Assembly (NCBI GenBank): GCA_015064785.1
Contig: SVRM01000001.1
Span: 349 to 64,348 of the forward strand
Source of the DNA: Oscillospiraceae bacterium
GTDB taxonomy: Bacteria > Bacillota > Clostridia > Oscillospirales > CAG-272
Length of the DNA stretch: 64,000 bases
Direction: 5' to 3'
Shown one piece after another: positions 1 to 8,899 of the stretch. Numbering within the stretch: position 1 is the stretch's first letter; every line of letters starts with the position of its first letter. The notes below the pieces were generated by a model, which was not told where the DNA came from, ran no database searches, and worked only from the letters and a program-made list of their open reading frames with translations. The translations under genes and the position numbers were made by a program.

Positions 1-1
1 T

Positions 2-886
2 GAAGTCGTTCACGTTACCACCTCCGGTTTTGAAAACGGTTCTTGGCACTACGATCCCACCATCGAAGCACTGGACGCAGGCCGTCACGTTCTCGTCGAA
101 AAGCCGATTTCCAACTCCATCGAAGAAGCACGCGATATGGTCGCGTTTGCACGCAGCAAAGGTCTGTACCTTGGCTGTGACCTCAACCATTACTTCTCCG
201 AACCGGCATTCCAGGCTGATAAGCTGATTGCTGACGGCGGCGTCGGTGAACAGGTTTATGCAATGACCAAGGTTGGCTTTGACGGTTCTGCCGTCAACGT
301 TAATCCCGTTGACCGCAATTCCCGCTGGCAGATGCCTTACTCCCATGCAAAGGCATTCTTAACCCATCCCTTCTCCGTCATGCGTCACTTCTGCGGCGAC
401 ATCACGCACATTCAGGCGTTCATGGACAAGCCCGGTGCACGCCGTCAGTCCGAGGACCTGATGCTGTCCATCCAGTCCATCCACATGAAGTTCCAGAACG
501 GCTGTGTCGGCTATCTGCTGTCCCAGCGCGGCGACGCAATGTTCGGTCTGGGCGGCTGGTGGAGCTTTGAGCTTGCCGGCACGCACGGTACTTTCTGTAT
601 TGAAAACTGTGTCGAAAAGCTGACCTACTGGAAGCAGGGTCAGGAGCCGACCGTCACCAACACCGGTGTCACAGACTTCGGCGCAACGTTCCCCATCCGT
701 ATCCATGCCTTCTACGAAGACCTGTCCAACAACGTTCCGCTGGAACACCTCCGTGCTTCCGGACGTGATGCACTGGCAACGATGGAATACATCTTTGCTG
801 CTATCGAGTCCTACGAAAACGGCGGCGCAATCGTTCGTCCTCATGCCCTCCCGGCATACCACGGCGACCCGTCCATCATTCACTGA
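2..886 (+). CDS. Gfo/Idh/MocA family oxidoreductase (5' end lies outside the window)
   Basis: Frame is open from nt 2 (EVVHVTTSGFENGSWHYDPTIEALDAGRHVLVEKPISNS, the EKP motif of the NAD-binding domain) and runs into listed ORF 137..886. The C-terminal part looks like the alpha/beta dimerisation domain. Confidence 0.8.
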   Translation, partial: EVVHVTTSGFENGSWHYDPTIEALDAGRHVLVEKPISNSIEEARDMVAFARSKGLYLGCDLNHYFSEPAFQADKLIADGGVGEQVYAMTKVGFDGSAVNVNPVDRNSRWQMPYSHAKAFLTHPFSVMRHFCGDITHIQAFMDKPGARRQSEDLMLSIQSIHMKFQNGCVGYLLSQRGDAMFGLGGWWSFELAGTHGTFCIENCVEKLTYWKQGQEPTVTNTGVTDFGATFPIRIHAFYEDLSNNVPLEHLRASGRDALATMEYIFAAIESYENGGAIVRPHALPAYHGDPSIIH

Positions 887-921
887 TCGGTTTGGGACTG
901 ACTGTTTCAAAAGGAAAAATG

Positions 922-954
922 TGGCTGCTGCAAGTTGAAAACTTGCGGCAGCCA
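922..954. repeat. Conserved-core GC-rich hairpin, copy 1; likely bidirectional intrinsic terminator between convergent genes
   Basis: TGGCTGCTGCAAGTT-GAA-AACTTGCGGCAGCCA forms a 15-bp stem with one T:G wobble. It is flanked by an A-run upstream and TTGTTTT downstream. The core TGCAAGTTGAAAACTTGCGGCA recurs at 26501 and, inverted, at 30019. Confidence 0.7.
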
Positions 955-959
955 TTGTT

Positions 960-3275
960 TTATGTGTTAGAATGATTCAGTGCTTGAACCGGATAAACAT
1001 TGCCGTCCTCCGCAGCCCAGGTTTCGCCAATCATATCAATACCGGATTCAGGTCCGTATATGATCATTCCCGGACAGTTTACGATAGAATTGGCTCTCCA
1101 TATCATCGGAAAACCGCCGAAAAAATACAATCCTTCCAGATTTTGCAAACTGGTCAGTGCTGTATCCTCAAAAATGAGATTGCCATTCCGCAGAATCAGC
1201 ATATTCAGATACTTATTATTGGAAAATGCCATACCGACAACGGTATGCGTTGCTTCAGGAAGTGTATAGGATGCTTCCTGCCGTGCACGCGGATAGGTGT
1301 GTATTGTCTCCAAACCGCGTTTATACAGAACACCATCAAGATCACAGTAGACAGGATTTTCATCGTCTACATAAATGGCTGTCAGCAAGGAAAGTCCGCT
1401 GAATGCACCATTTGCAATACTTTGAACGCTTTCAGGAATTGTAATTTCCGTGATTTTATCTGTAATAAATGCTTTTGTACTAATCCGTTTTGTCTGTTTC
1501 CCAATCACAACGGAGCTCAGATTATCACAGTTTCGGATCACCATGGTAGGAACGGTTGTCAGTGTATCCGGCAAGATCAGGGTTGTCAGCTCGTGACATT
1601 CCTCAATGGCACGCGATTGAATTGATACCTGCTTCAAACCGGATAGATCCAGTGTTTTAAGACCGACTCCAAATAAGGCATATGAGCAAATCAATTCTAA
1701 ACTGTCCGGCAGCTGCAATTTGTGCAGAGAAGGAAGATTGGCAAACGAAAGCGATCTGATCGTCCGCAATTTATTTCCTGTAAACAGAACTTCCTCCATG
1801 GATACACATCCGTTAAATACCTCACTTCTTATATCTTCCGCATCCTCGGGCAGAACCACGCGCCTCAGCGCGGTACAGTTGCGGAGTATAACATCTTCAA
1901 GATATTTTACATGCGGCGGGAAAACAAATTCTGTCAACTTGATACATTCCATGAATGCACCAGCTTCAATCTGTGTACAGCTGTCCGGAAGAACCACAGT
2001 TTCCAGATTCGGCATATAAGAAAATGCAGAATATCCAATTCCCGTGATTCCCTCTTCCACAATCAAAGCCGTAACAAGCTCTTTATAGGGTGCAAGCTCC
2101 TCCAGGCGGAAAATTGACTGTTCCTCTTTTCGTTCTCGCAGAAGATCATAATTCCAGACATCTGTGACACCGACACGTCCAGTGCCGGATACCGTGAATG
2201 TTCCGTCTTCGGTGAGCTGATAGGTAGCATCCTCACCGCACATGCCGCTTGCAATGACAGCTGCCGTCTGTATAGGTTCCTCCTGCGGTACAATTCTCTC
2301 CGGAATTGCAGGGACATCCTCTTTGGGGATATCGGACAGAGGATGGCTGCTTGACAGTTCATCTGCTGACGGCTGATCCGATGTGTTTTGCTGCTGACCG
2401 TACAGAAAACCGACACCCAACAGGCATATGCACAGAATCAGGGCGGCAGTCAGAGCCGGAAGAATTGCTGTCGTACGGAGACCAATGATCCAGTGCCTCC
2501 GGAAAAATGAATGGATTCTTTCTTTGAAATGTGGTTTTTCCTTTTCTTTCAGATCATCCCCGTCTGCATTGAAAATGTGAATGTCATTTGCAGCCATTCC
2601 TGCTGCTGCGAATACGGCAGAAAGAATCCGGATTGCGTCAGCCTGCGGCAACGTGGTCTGTAATACCGGAAGCATCATCACTGATGTCAGTGCAAGTACC
2701 GCAGGGGACAGGTGCATTTGTCCAGTTCGTTTCTCCTCTGCTTCGATCAGCTTTTCCAAGGTGTTCCGCGCATAAAACAACCGACTTTTTACAGTATTGA
2801 TTGGACAGTCCTGAATGACTGCAATTTCACCGACGGATCGATCCTGGAAATAGAAAAGATATACTGCCTCTTTTTGCTCGTTAGGCAGTGCGTCAATCAT
2901 TTCGCGTATGGTATCCTGCAACCACGACTTCTGAAACCATTCATCAAACGTCGTTTTTTGCAGCTTTGCTTCCTCTGATATTACATAAATCAGCTTGCCG
3001 TCCTGTGTGTGCTGCTGTAGATGATCCTGACAGATATTGAAGGTGATGGAATGAATCCAGCGAAGGAAACTGCGTTCCTCCCGGAGTGATCCGAGGTGCA
3101 GCCAGACCTTGAGATAAACCTCTTGTACAACGTCCTGGGCTTCCGTTTCATTTTTCAATAAGGCACACGCGGCTGAATATACATAATCTTTTGTCAGTTG
3201 GAATACGGTTGTGAATGCATCGCTGTCGCCCTGTTTGGCTTTCACAACATATTCCGTTAAAATTTCAATGTCCAT
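960..3275 (-). CDS. ECF-type sigma-70 family domain fused to transmembrane segment(s) and a BspA-like leucine-rich-repeat ectodomain
   Basis: 771-aa ORF. N-terminus has sigma region 2 (DVVQEVYLKVWLHL..FLRWIHSITFN) and region 4 (EQKEAVYLFYFQDRSVGEIAVIQDCPINTVKSRLFYARNTL). A hydrophobic span follows (TTAILPALTAALILCICLLGVGFLY), then a Pro/Glu-rich linker. The rest is repeated L..v.lP.s...I...aF..C..L units. Confidence 0.85.
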   Translation of the reverse strand: MDIEILTEYVVKAKQGDSDAFTTVFQLTKDYVYSAACALLKNETEAQDVVQEVYLKVWLHLGSLREERSFLRWIHSITFNICQDHLQQHTQDGKLIYVISEEAKLQKTTFDEWFQKSWLQDTIREMIDALPNEQKEAVYLFYFQDRSVGEIAVIQDCPINTVKSRLFYARNTLEKLIEAEEKRTGQMHLSPAVLALTSVMMLPVLQTTLPQADAIRILSAVFAAAGMAANDIHIFNADGDDLKEKEKPHFKERIHSFFRRHWIIGLRTTAILPALTAALILCICLLGVGFLYGQQQNTSDQPSADELSSSHPLSDIPKEDVPAIPERIVPQEEPIQTAAVIASGMCGEDATYQLTEDGTFTVSGTGRVGVTDVWNYDLLRERKEEQSIFRLEELAPYKELVTALIVEEGITGIGYSAFSYMPNLETVVLPDSCTQIEAGAFMECIKLTEFVFPPHVKYLEDVILRNCTALRRVVLPEDAEDIRSEVFNGCVSMEEVLFTGNKLRTIRSLSFANLPSLHKLQLPDSLELICSYALFGVGLKTLDLSGLKQVSIQSRAIEECHELTTLILPDTLTTVPTMVIRNCDNLSSVVIGKQTKRISTKAFITDKITEITIPESVQSIANGAFSGLSLLTAIYVDDENPVYCDLDGVLYKRGLETIHTYPRARQEASYTLPEATHTVVGMAFSNNKYLNMLILRNGNLIFEDTALTSLQNLEGLYFFGGFPMIWRANSIVNCPGMIIYGPESGIDMIGETWAAEDGNVYPVQALNHSNT

Positions 3276-3513
3276 GTATGTGTATCAGCATACCTTTCTG
3301 CATCTTTCACTATTATATATATATTATATATGATGAAACACAAAAAAGCAAGGAATATATTCTCTGTTTTATAAAACTTTTTGAGTAAAATCACAGTCTG
3401 TACAGATATATCTCAGAAAATCCGTCAGTCAGGCGACTGACATCAATAACCACCGAATGACAGATTGTCAATAGAAAACGGAAAAACAGGATAGCGCAAA
3501 TTGTCGCACATAC

Positions 3514-3542
3514 TTGTGTACAGCAGAAAAATATGATATAAT
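3514..3542 (+). promoter_or_regulatory. Candidate sigma-A promoter for the O-acetylesterase gene
   Basis: TTGTGT (3514..3519), 17-bp spacer, TATAAT (3537..3542) with TGa extended -10. Confidence 0.4.
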
Positions 3543-3598
3543 AAATAGCAGAATTTGTGCGTCCAATGTCCGCATTCATGAAAGGAATCTGTTATAAC

Positions 3599-5674
3599 AT
3601 GCTGAAACTGCCGCATATTTTTTCTTCCGATGCCTTGTTTTTACAGAATGCTGCTCTGACCCTCTCCGGTATCACGGATTCCGCCGGAGATGTCCGTGCC
3701 GAGCTTTCGGACAGCGCCGGACAATGCTTCTCTTCTTCGAAAACTGTCGCCGATGCGTCCGGTGCTTTTTCCCTGACCCTGTCCACACCCGCCGCTTCCC
3801 TGTCTGCCTGGACTATCACGGTGTCAACGGACGAGGATTATTTTGTCATGCGGAATGTTCTGTTCGGCGAGCTGTGGCTTGCCTCCGGTCAGTCCAACAT
3901 GGAACTGGAAAACAGCAAACAGCCGGACGCGGCTTCGTTTTTTGAAGCCTTGCATGACTGTGTGATCCGCGTTTATCACGTGTATAATATTGACGGCGGC
4001 AGTGCCGGTCTGTTTCCGTATGAGCCCGATCCGATGACGTTTGGCGAATGGTTTTCCATCACGGCTCAGAGCAGTCTTGAGAAAATTTCCGCTGTCGGAA
4101 CCGCTTTTTCCAAAGAGATATATGACTGGCTGCATACTTCTGACAGAACCGTTCCGGTCGGATTTGTCAACGCCTGCTGGGGTGGGACCGGCATCCGTTC
4201 ATGGATTCCGCGTGCTGCAATCGACGCCGACACCGCACTCTGTGCGCGTCTGCGGGATGCCGGCTTTTACACCGATCCCGCAAAATGGAATTCCTTTGGT
4301 CGGAACAATGCACAGCAGTTATCCTGTCAGTACAATCTGAAGATTCACGGACTGATCGGTGTGAAATTCCGCGGAATTCTGTGGTATCAGGGCGAGTTTG
4401 AAAGCTGGGATGAACCGTATCTGCACCTGTACCGCGACTGTCTGTATCTTCTGCATCGCACGTTCCGCTCGCTCTTTTCCGCGGATGAATGCTTTCCGAT
4501 GCTCTGCGTACTGATTTATCCGTTCCCCTGTACCGATGAGGGGGACTGTTATATCGGCTATGTCAACCAGAACTTCGTTGATGCATCCCAGGAGCATCCG
4601 GAATCATTCTATTGTATGCCAATCTACGATCTGCCGCCGGTCTGGGAATTCCCTGTTAACCATCCGATTCATCCGCTGCACAAATATCCGGTTGGCTTAC
4701 GTCTGGCACGCCTGGCAGAAACGGCAGTTTACGGCAGACAGGGGCAGAAAAATCCGGCCGTACTTGACCGTTTTGAACGGCTGGAGGGACGGCTTCTGCT
4801 CCACTTTGCCGTTCCGGGACAGCCGGGTGCGCTGTCTTTGTACGGCGGCATCCGCATCGGCGCAGATTTCTGTCCGGATATCCCCGGCTACACGGCAAAA
4901 AACAGACACCCCATCGGGCTTTACATCTGCGGTGCTTCCGGAACCTATGTTCCGGCAGTCTGTGATATCATTTCCCACGATACTGTCGCCGTATCGCATC
5001 CCGGAATTGCACAGCCGCTTCATGCCGCATATGCTTACAGCTCCATGGAGGAAGGCTGCAATCTCTATGCCGGCAGTTATCCGCTGGCACCATTCTGTAC
5101 CGATGACCGCCGATGGGATCCGGACAACTCCGGTGCGCTGATCCGAATTGAGGGAAAGCCGTGGTGCAATCCGACCAGATCAGCGGTCTGGACCACCGAG
5201 GAGCGACACGGATTGCTTGATGTATTCTACCGTCCGGTCTGGAAGCCCTCTGTCGGATGTGAAGTGGTACATGACCGCGCCTTTACACTGGAGAGCGGCA
5301 GTATCCGGATTGCGCGATCTGTGATACCGGATGAACCGCTTCAGAAAACAGCCCACATCGGCGCGTCAGTGGAAGCCCATCTTTATCACCGTCTGGATCT
5401 GCAAAACTACACTGCACTCCGTCTGCGGATGTTCGGCGGTACACATGCAGAACTTTCGCTGGTTCTGACTGCCAGAACGCCGTCCGGCACATTACAGAAT
5501 ACCGCTTTGCCCACCCGCAGGACAGCGGAGCTGCACCATGGCTGGGCTGAATATGAAATCCTGCTTGACGGAATCGGTGAAGATGAAATTCTGTGCATCG
5601 AATTCTCAGCAGAGATGATGGATACCTATTATCATTTCATCAATCTGGAAGGATTTGTTTTGGTTCCAAGATAA
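3599..5674 (+). CDS. Sialate O-acetylesterase-like (SASA/DUF303 family) carbohydrate esterase, no signal peptide
   Basis: Listed ORF 3557..5674. The motif FGELWLASGQSNME is the SGNH-like nucleophile block of the SASA family. Start chosen at ATG 3599 (MLKLPHIF) behind GAAAGGAA; ATG 3557 or 3578 are possible. Confidence 0.75.
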   Translation: MLKLPHIFSSDALFLQNAALTLSGITDSAGDVRAELSDSAGQCFSSSKTVADASGAFSLTLSTPAASLSAWTITVSTDEDYFVMRNVLFGELWLASGQSNMELENSKQPDAASFFEALHDCVIRVYHVYNIDGGSAGLFPYEPDPMTFGEWFSITAQSSLEKISAVGTAFSKEIYDWLHTSDRTVPVGFVNACWGGTGIRSWIPRAAIDADTALCARLRDAGFYTDPAKWNSFGRNNAQQLSCQYNLKIHGLIGVKFRGILWYQGEFESWDEPYLHLYRDCLYLLHRTFRSLFSADECFPMLCVLIYPFPCTDEGDCYIGYVNQNFVDASQEHPESFYCMPIYDLPPVWEFPVNHPIHPLHKYPVGLRLARLAETAVYGRQGQKNPAVLDRFERLEGRLLLHFAVPGQPGALSLYGGIRIGADFCPDIPGYTAKNRHPIGLYICGASGTYVPAVCDIISHDTVAVSHPGIAQPLHAAYAYSSMEEGCNLYAGSYPLAPFCTDDRRWDPDNSGALIRIEGKPWCNPTRSAVWTTEERHGLLDVFYRPVWKPSVGCEVVHDRAFTLESGSIRIARSVIPDEPLQKTAHIGASVEAHLYHRLDLQNYTALRLRMFGGTHAELSLVLTARTPSGTLQNTALPTRRTAELHHGWAEYEILLDGIGEDEILCIEFSAEMMDTYYHFINLEGFVLVPR

Positions 5675-5824
5675 AAACATGGCTGCTGCATGTTCAAACC
5701 AAGTGAAGAACATCCCCTGTCCGGCCAAAGGCATTGAATGCCCTGGCAAAAATTCTGAAAGGGGGCGTTTTTTACAGTGGAGTTTATGCAGCAGCCCTTT
5801 TTTGCTGTTTATTCCGTTTTCGCG

Positions 5825-6730
5825 TTACGCAAACTGTCTCAGCCAGGAGAAAACACCTTCGACAGCCGCGCGAATAACCAGCCTCTCACCGTTGAAGGTA
5901 TCACATCCGCTGGGATTGGCAACCGCGCCGCCTCTGTCCTGCGGTTCGTGTCCGCCATCCGGGAACGTGTGCAGATATGCTGTCCCACCGGCATTGCAGA
6001 CTGCGGCAACAAAGTGCTGTGTGACGGAGATGTCAACCGTATCATCATCTTCACACTGCCAGAAGCTCACCGGAACCGGGTAATCCAAACGCTCGACGCT
6101 GGCGTCGCTGATACAGCGTTCCATCGGATTGTATCCGGAAATCTTTTCTGCATCGTAAATCCATTCGCCGTTTTCGTCCTTCTCCAGTCCGTAGAAGATG
6201 CCGAGTGCGGTTTTCGGCAGACCTCCCGACCACGGATGCAGGAAGATCTGGTTGTATGTATCCAGCACCGGACAGAAGCCGCTCTGGGCAATGACAGGAA
6301 TCTGTCCCGACAGAACAAGATTCGTTGAACTGATACCCCCCATCGAACCGCCGTGAACGAGGACTTCCTTTCTCAGATGGAACCGCTCGGTGCAGTAACG
6401 GTATGCACCGATATAGCTTTCCATGGCAATCGGGGAGCCGATGTTGTTGCGGATATCGATTCCGGCCAGCGCGGCGTAGTCATCCGGCAGACCGTTGACG
6501 TCCATCACGGCGTACCCGTTGGCAAGCAGGTATTTTGTGATGACCTGTCCTTCCACCTGCGAATCGTCCGTTGCGACGGTACCGCCGGCACCGTGACAAT
6601 TGATGACCAGAACCGTCGGTTCTCCGTCCTCGCTGTAGGTGTGCGGCAGCATCAGAACGCCATTGTCTTCATAAATTGTTCCATCGCAGTGTACCGGTAT
6701 GCGAAAGCGGTGTACTGTAATTTCATTCAT
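5825..6730 (-). CDS. Alpha/beta hydrolase (esterase)
   Basis: 301 aa. Nucleophile elbow HGGSMGG, candidate acid CEDDDTV and His in PDGGHEP. GGAGAA RBS upstream. Confidence 0.8.
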   Translation of the reverse strand: MNEITVHRFRIPVHCDGTIYEDNGVLMLPHTYSEDGEPTVLVINCHGAGGTVATDDSQVEGQVITKYLLANGYAVMDVNGLPDDYAALAGIDIRNNIGSPIAMESYIGAYRYCTERFHLRKEVLVHGGSMGGISSTNLVLSGQIPVIAQSGFCPVLDTYNQIFLHPWSGGLPKTALGIFYGLEKDENGEWIYDAEKISGYNPMERCISDASVERLDYPVPVSFWQCEDDDTVDISVTQHFVAAVCNAGGTAYLHTFPDGGHEPQDRGGAVANPSGCDTFNGERLVIRAAVEGVFSWLRQFA

Positions 6731-6760
6731 TGCGGATTCTCCATTCTTTATTCAAATTTT

Positions 6761-7312
6761 TTACGGTCTGACAGACGGACACCATTCCATCAGCAGACAA
6801 TCTTCCCATTGTCCTTCAAACAGTTCATGTGCGCAGAGTGTGCCGATGATACGGAAACCGGCTTTTTCATAGGCGCGAATTGCCCGGCGGTTGCTCGCTC
6901 TCGGGTCCAGAATGACCGCGTCGGCTGCCAGGTGTTCTGCAAGCCATGCACATATTGCTTTTGTATATTCCGTGCCGATGCCGCGGTTCCAATACTCCGG
7001 TTCACCGATGAACTGATCCATGGCAAACACACACGCGCCGGTGTCAGGATAGCTGTATTCGTCAAATGCGTCCCCGCACACACGGTAAATCTGTCCGTAG
7101 CCGATCGGGATGCCGTCATATGCCGCAATGACACGGAAACCTTCTCCTTCAAACGGTTCGGTATAGTGTGCTGTCAACGTTTCCATTGTATAACGCAGAT
7201 CCCGGCCGCCATAGTATTGAAGTACCCGGTCATCGCCAAGCCATTTCAGCAAAAGCGGCAGGTCCTCAACTGTCATAAGACGGATCAGCAGCGCCCCGTC
7301 GGTAATGTTCAC
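6761..7312 (-). CDS. GNAT N-acetyltransferase closely resembling the AAC(6')-Ie/Im aminoglycoside 6'-N-acetyltransferase family
   Basis: Blocks [88 protein letters not shown] and [16 protein letters not shown] match my recollection of AAC(6')-Ie. Start set at GTG 7312 (GGAGGAG RBS, GTGA overlap with the upstream stop) rather than ATG 7336. Confidence 0.75.
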   Translation of the reverse strand: [183 protein letters not shown]

Positions 7313-8253
7313 ATCATCTCCTCCGAGGGAAACCATCCCTGCAAGAACTCTTTCAGTGTGCCTTCATAAGAGGCTTCTGCCAGGAATTCCGTTCCGCGCT
7401 GATTGCCCCAGCTGTAGTAGATGATGGTGCGTCCGTTGAACTCACACAGCTCCATATCGCTGTTGTTGATGTCCAGTGCATCGGCAATCTGCCGCTGCTC
7501 CTCAACAGTCAGAAACGGGTTGGCAATCTGCTTATCTTCTGCTTCATTGTACATCATCACAGGATTGATCGGACTGTATTCCCAGCGAATCAGATCGCGG
7601 GAGCGTGCAATGCAGTTGGCATAGTGCGCCATCGGATACGCCTCCAGATACAGTACATAATAGTATCCGTCATCCACCGCATAAATCGCAGGACCGCCTG
7701 CATACCGGTCGTACTGGAAGACACACGCCCGCGGTGTCAGCTCCCAGTGAATCATATCAGTGGAGGTCGCAAACCGGAAGGTGAACGGTTTCGGACCTGC
7801 CTCCTCTGCCGGTGCGGAGATTTCCATCAGAAGTGTATAGATACCGTCCTTTTTGCAGACACCGGTGTTGAAGATTTTCCAGCCCGGCAGATGCAGTGTG
7901 GACGCACATTCCCATTCCTGAAGGTCGGCGGAACGGAAAATATGCAGCGTATCACCGCCCCACGATCCGTCGACACCGATGGCGTACATCATGCCGCCGT
8001 CGGTATACGCACAGCCGAGATGGTGGTTTTCAGCAAACGACGGGGTCTGCACGCCGGTTTTCATGTCGATGAAATGGAAGCTCGACCATGGATTGGGATT
8101 GTAAATATTGCGGCTCTGTAAAGCCTCGGATTCCGCCGGACGGCAGTATTCAAAGCGGTACAGATTTCCGCCGAATACGATCGGTGTGGATTCCACCGTA
8201 CCGAACTTGATTGTCCCGTGACGGCGGATGATCGGTGTTTTCGGATATGCCAT
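7309..8253 (-). CDS. Beta-propeller glycoside-hydrolase-like protein (GH43/32/130-type fold, family not assigned)
   Basis: 314 aa. Recurring blade motifs: FRSADLQEWE, ATSTDMIHWEL, ARSRDLIRWEYSP. AGGAGA RBS upstream. No signal peptide. Confidence 0.55.
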   Translation of the reverse strand: MAYPKTPIIRRHGTIKFGTVESTPIVFGGNLYRFEYCRPAESEALQSRNIYNPNPWSSFHFIDMKTGVQTPSFAENHHLGCAYTDGGMMYAIGVDGSWGGDTLHIFRSADLQEWECASTLHLPGWKIFNTGVCKKDGIYTLLMEISAPAEEAGPKPFTFRFATSTDMIHWELTPRACVFQYDRYAGGPAIYAVDDGYYYVLYLEAYPMAHYANCIARSRDLIRWEYSPINPVMMYNEAEDKQIANPFLTVEEQRQIADALDINNSDMELCEFNGRTIIYYSWGNQRGTEFLAEASYEGTLKEFLQGWFPSEEMM

Positions 8254-8368
8254 ACTCGTCTCCTGTCAGCACAAAGATGTGGATATATAAAGTATAGCAG
8301 ACTCGGTGATGTTTGTCAACCGGATTTTTGCAGATAGAGCGCCGCTGAACTCGTATATTTTGTCAGTT

Positions 8369-8701
8369 TTATTCCCCGCCCTTGTGCGGACGGATTTCAT
8401 AATGAATCAGAAAACTCATCAGCGCCCGGAGCAGAATCACGGCACCGAGCATATACAGCTCCTCCAGACTTTGCACCAGTACCGTCCGGAGAATTTCCGA
8501 TGCCAGTTTGAATTCCAGTCCAAGCGCCAGCCCCCGGGCAAGGTTGCTTTGCAGATCGAAGGTCTTTTTCATGAAAGTAATCTGGAAATATTTCCAGAAT
8601 CCGTGGATGCCTGACCAGAAAACAGTAAAAATTCCGATAATTTCCAGAATGGCAATCATCACAGGCAGAACCGACGCAATCACATCATGCAGCAGAGTCA
8701 T
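8369..8701 (-). CDS. DUF1622-type small membrane protein
   Basis: 110 aa with hydrophobic segments and the LARGLALGLEFKLASEILRTV block typical of DUF1622. AGGAGA RBS upstream. Confidence 0.7.
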   Translation of the reverse strand: MTLLHDVIASVLPVMIAILEIIGIFTVFWSGIHGFWKYFQITFMKKTFDLQSNLARGLALGLEFKLASEILRTVLVQSLEELYMLGAVILLRALMSFLIHYEIRPHKGGE

Positions 8702-8808
8702 CTTTGTTTCTCCTTATAGGCAGGATGATCTTACACCATCCCTTTTCTGTGAGTATTGGCAGAAGACACGGAAATTAACACCAAAAGCAAGGAATCTTCC
8801 GTTACATA

Positions 8809-8837
8809 TTGACAAAATCATGATTCAATGGTACAAT
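8809..8837 (+). promoter_or_regulatory. Candidate sigma-A promoter of the rnf operon
   Basis: TTGACA (8809..8814), 17 bp, TACAAT (8832..8837) with TGg extended -10. Lies about 60 nt upstream of rnfC. Confidence 0.5.
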
Positions 8838-8899
8838 AAATTGATATAATTATGGAAAGCATAATACAGACACTGAAAAAACAGAAAGGTTGAAATCAA

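Noticed and set aside
3311-3332. TA-rich run (TATTATATATATATTATATATG) in the divergent region between the sigma-LRR gene and the esterase gene
   Set aside because: Simple low-complexity promoter-region DNA. It is not a CRISPR, a mobile-element end or a structured repeat.
5677-5695. AACATG-GCTGCTG-CATGTT hairpin after the O-acetylesterase gene
   Set aside because: Only a 6-bp AT-containing stem and no following T-run. Too weak to call a terminator.
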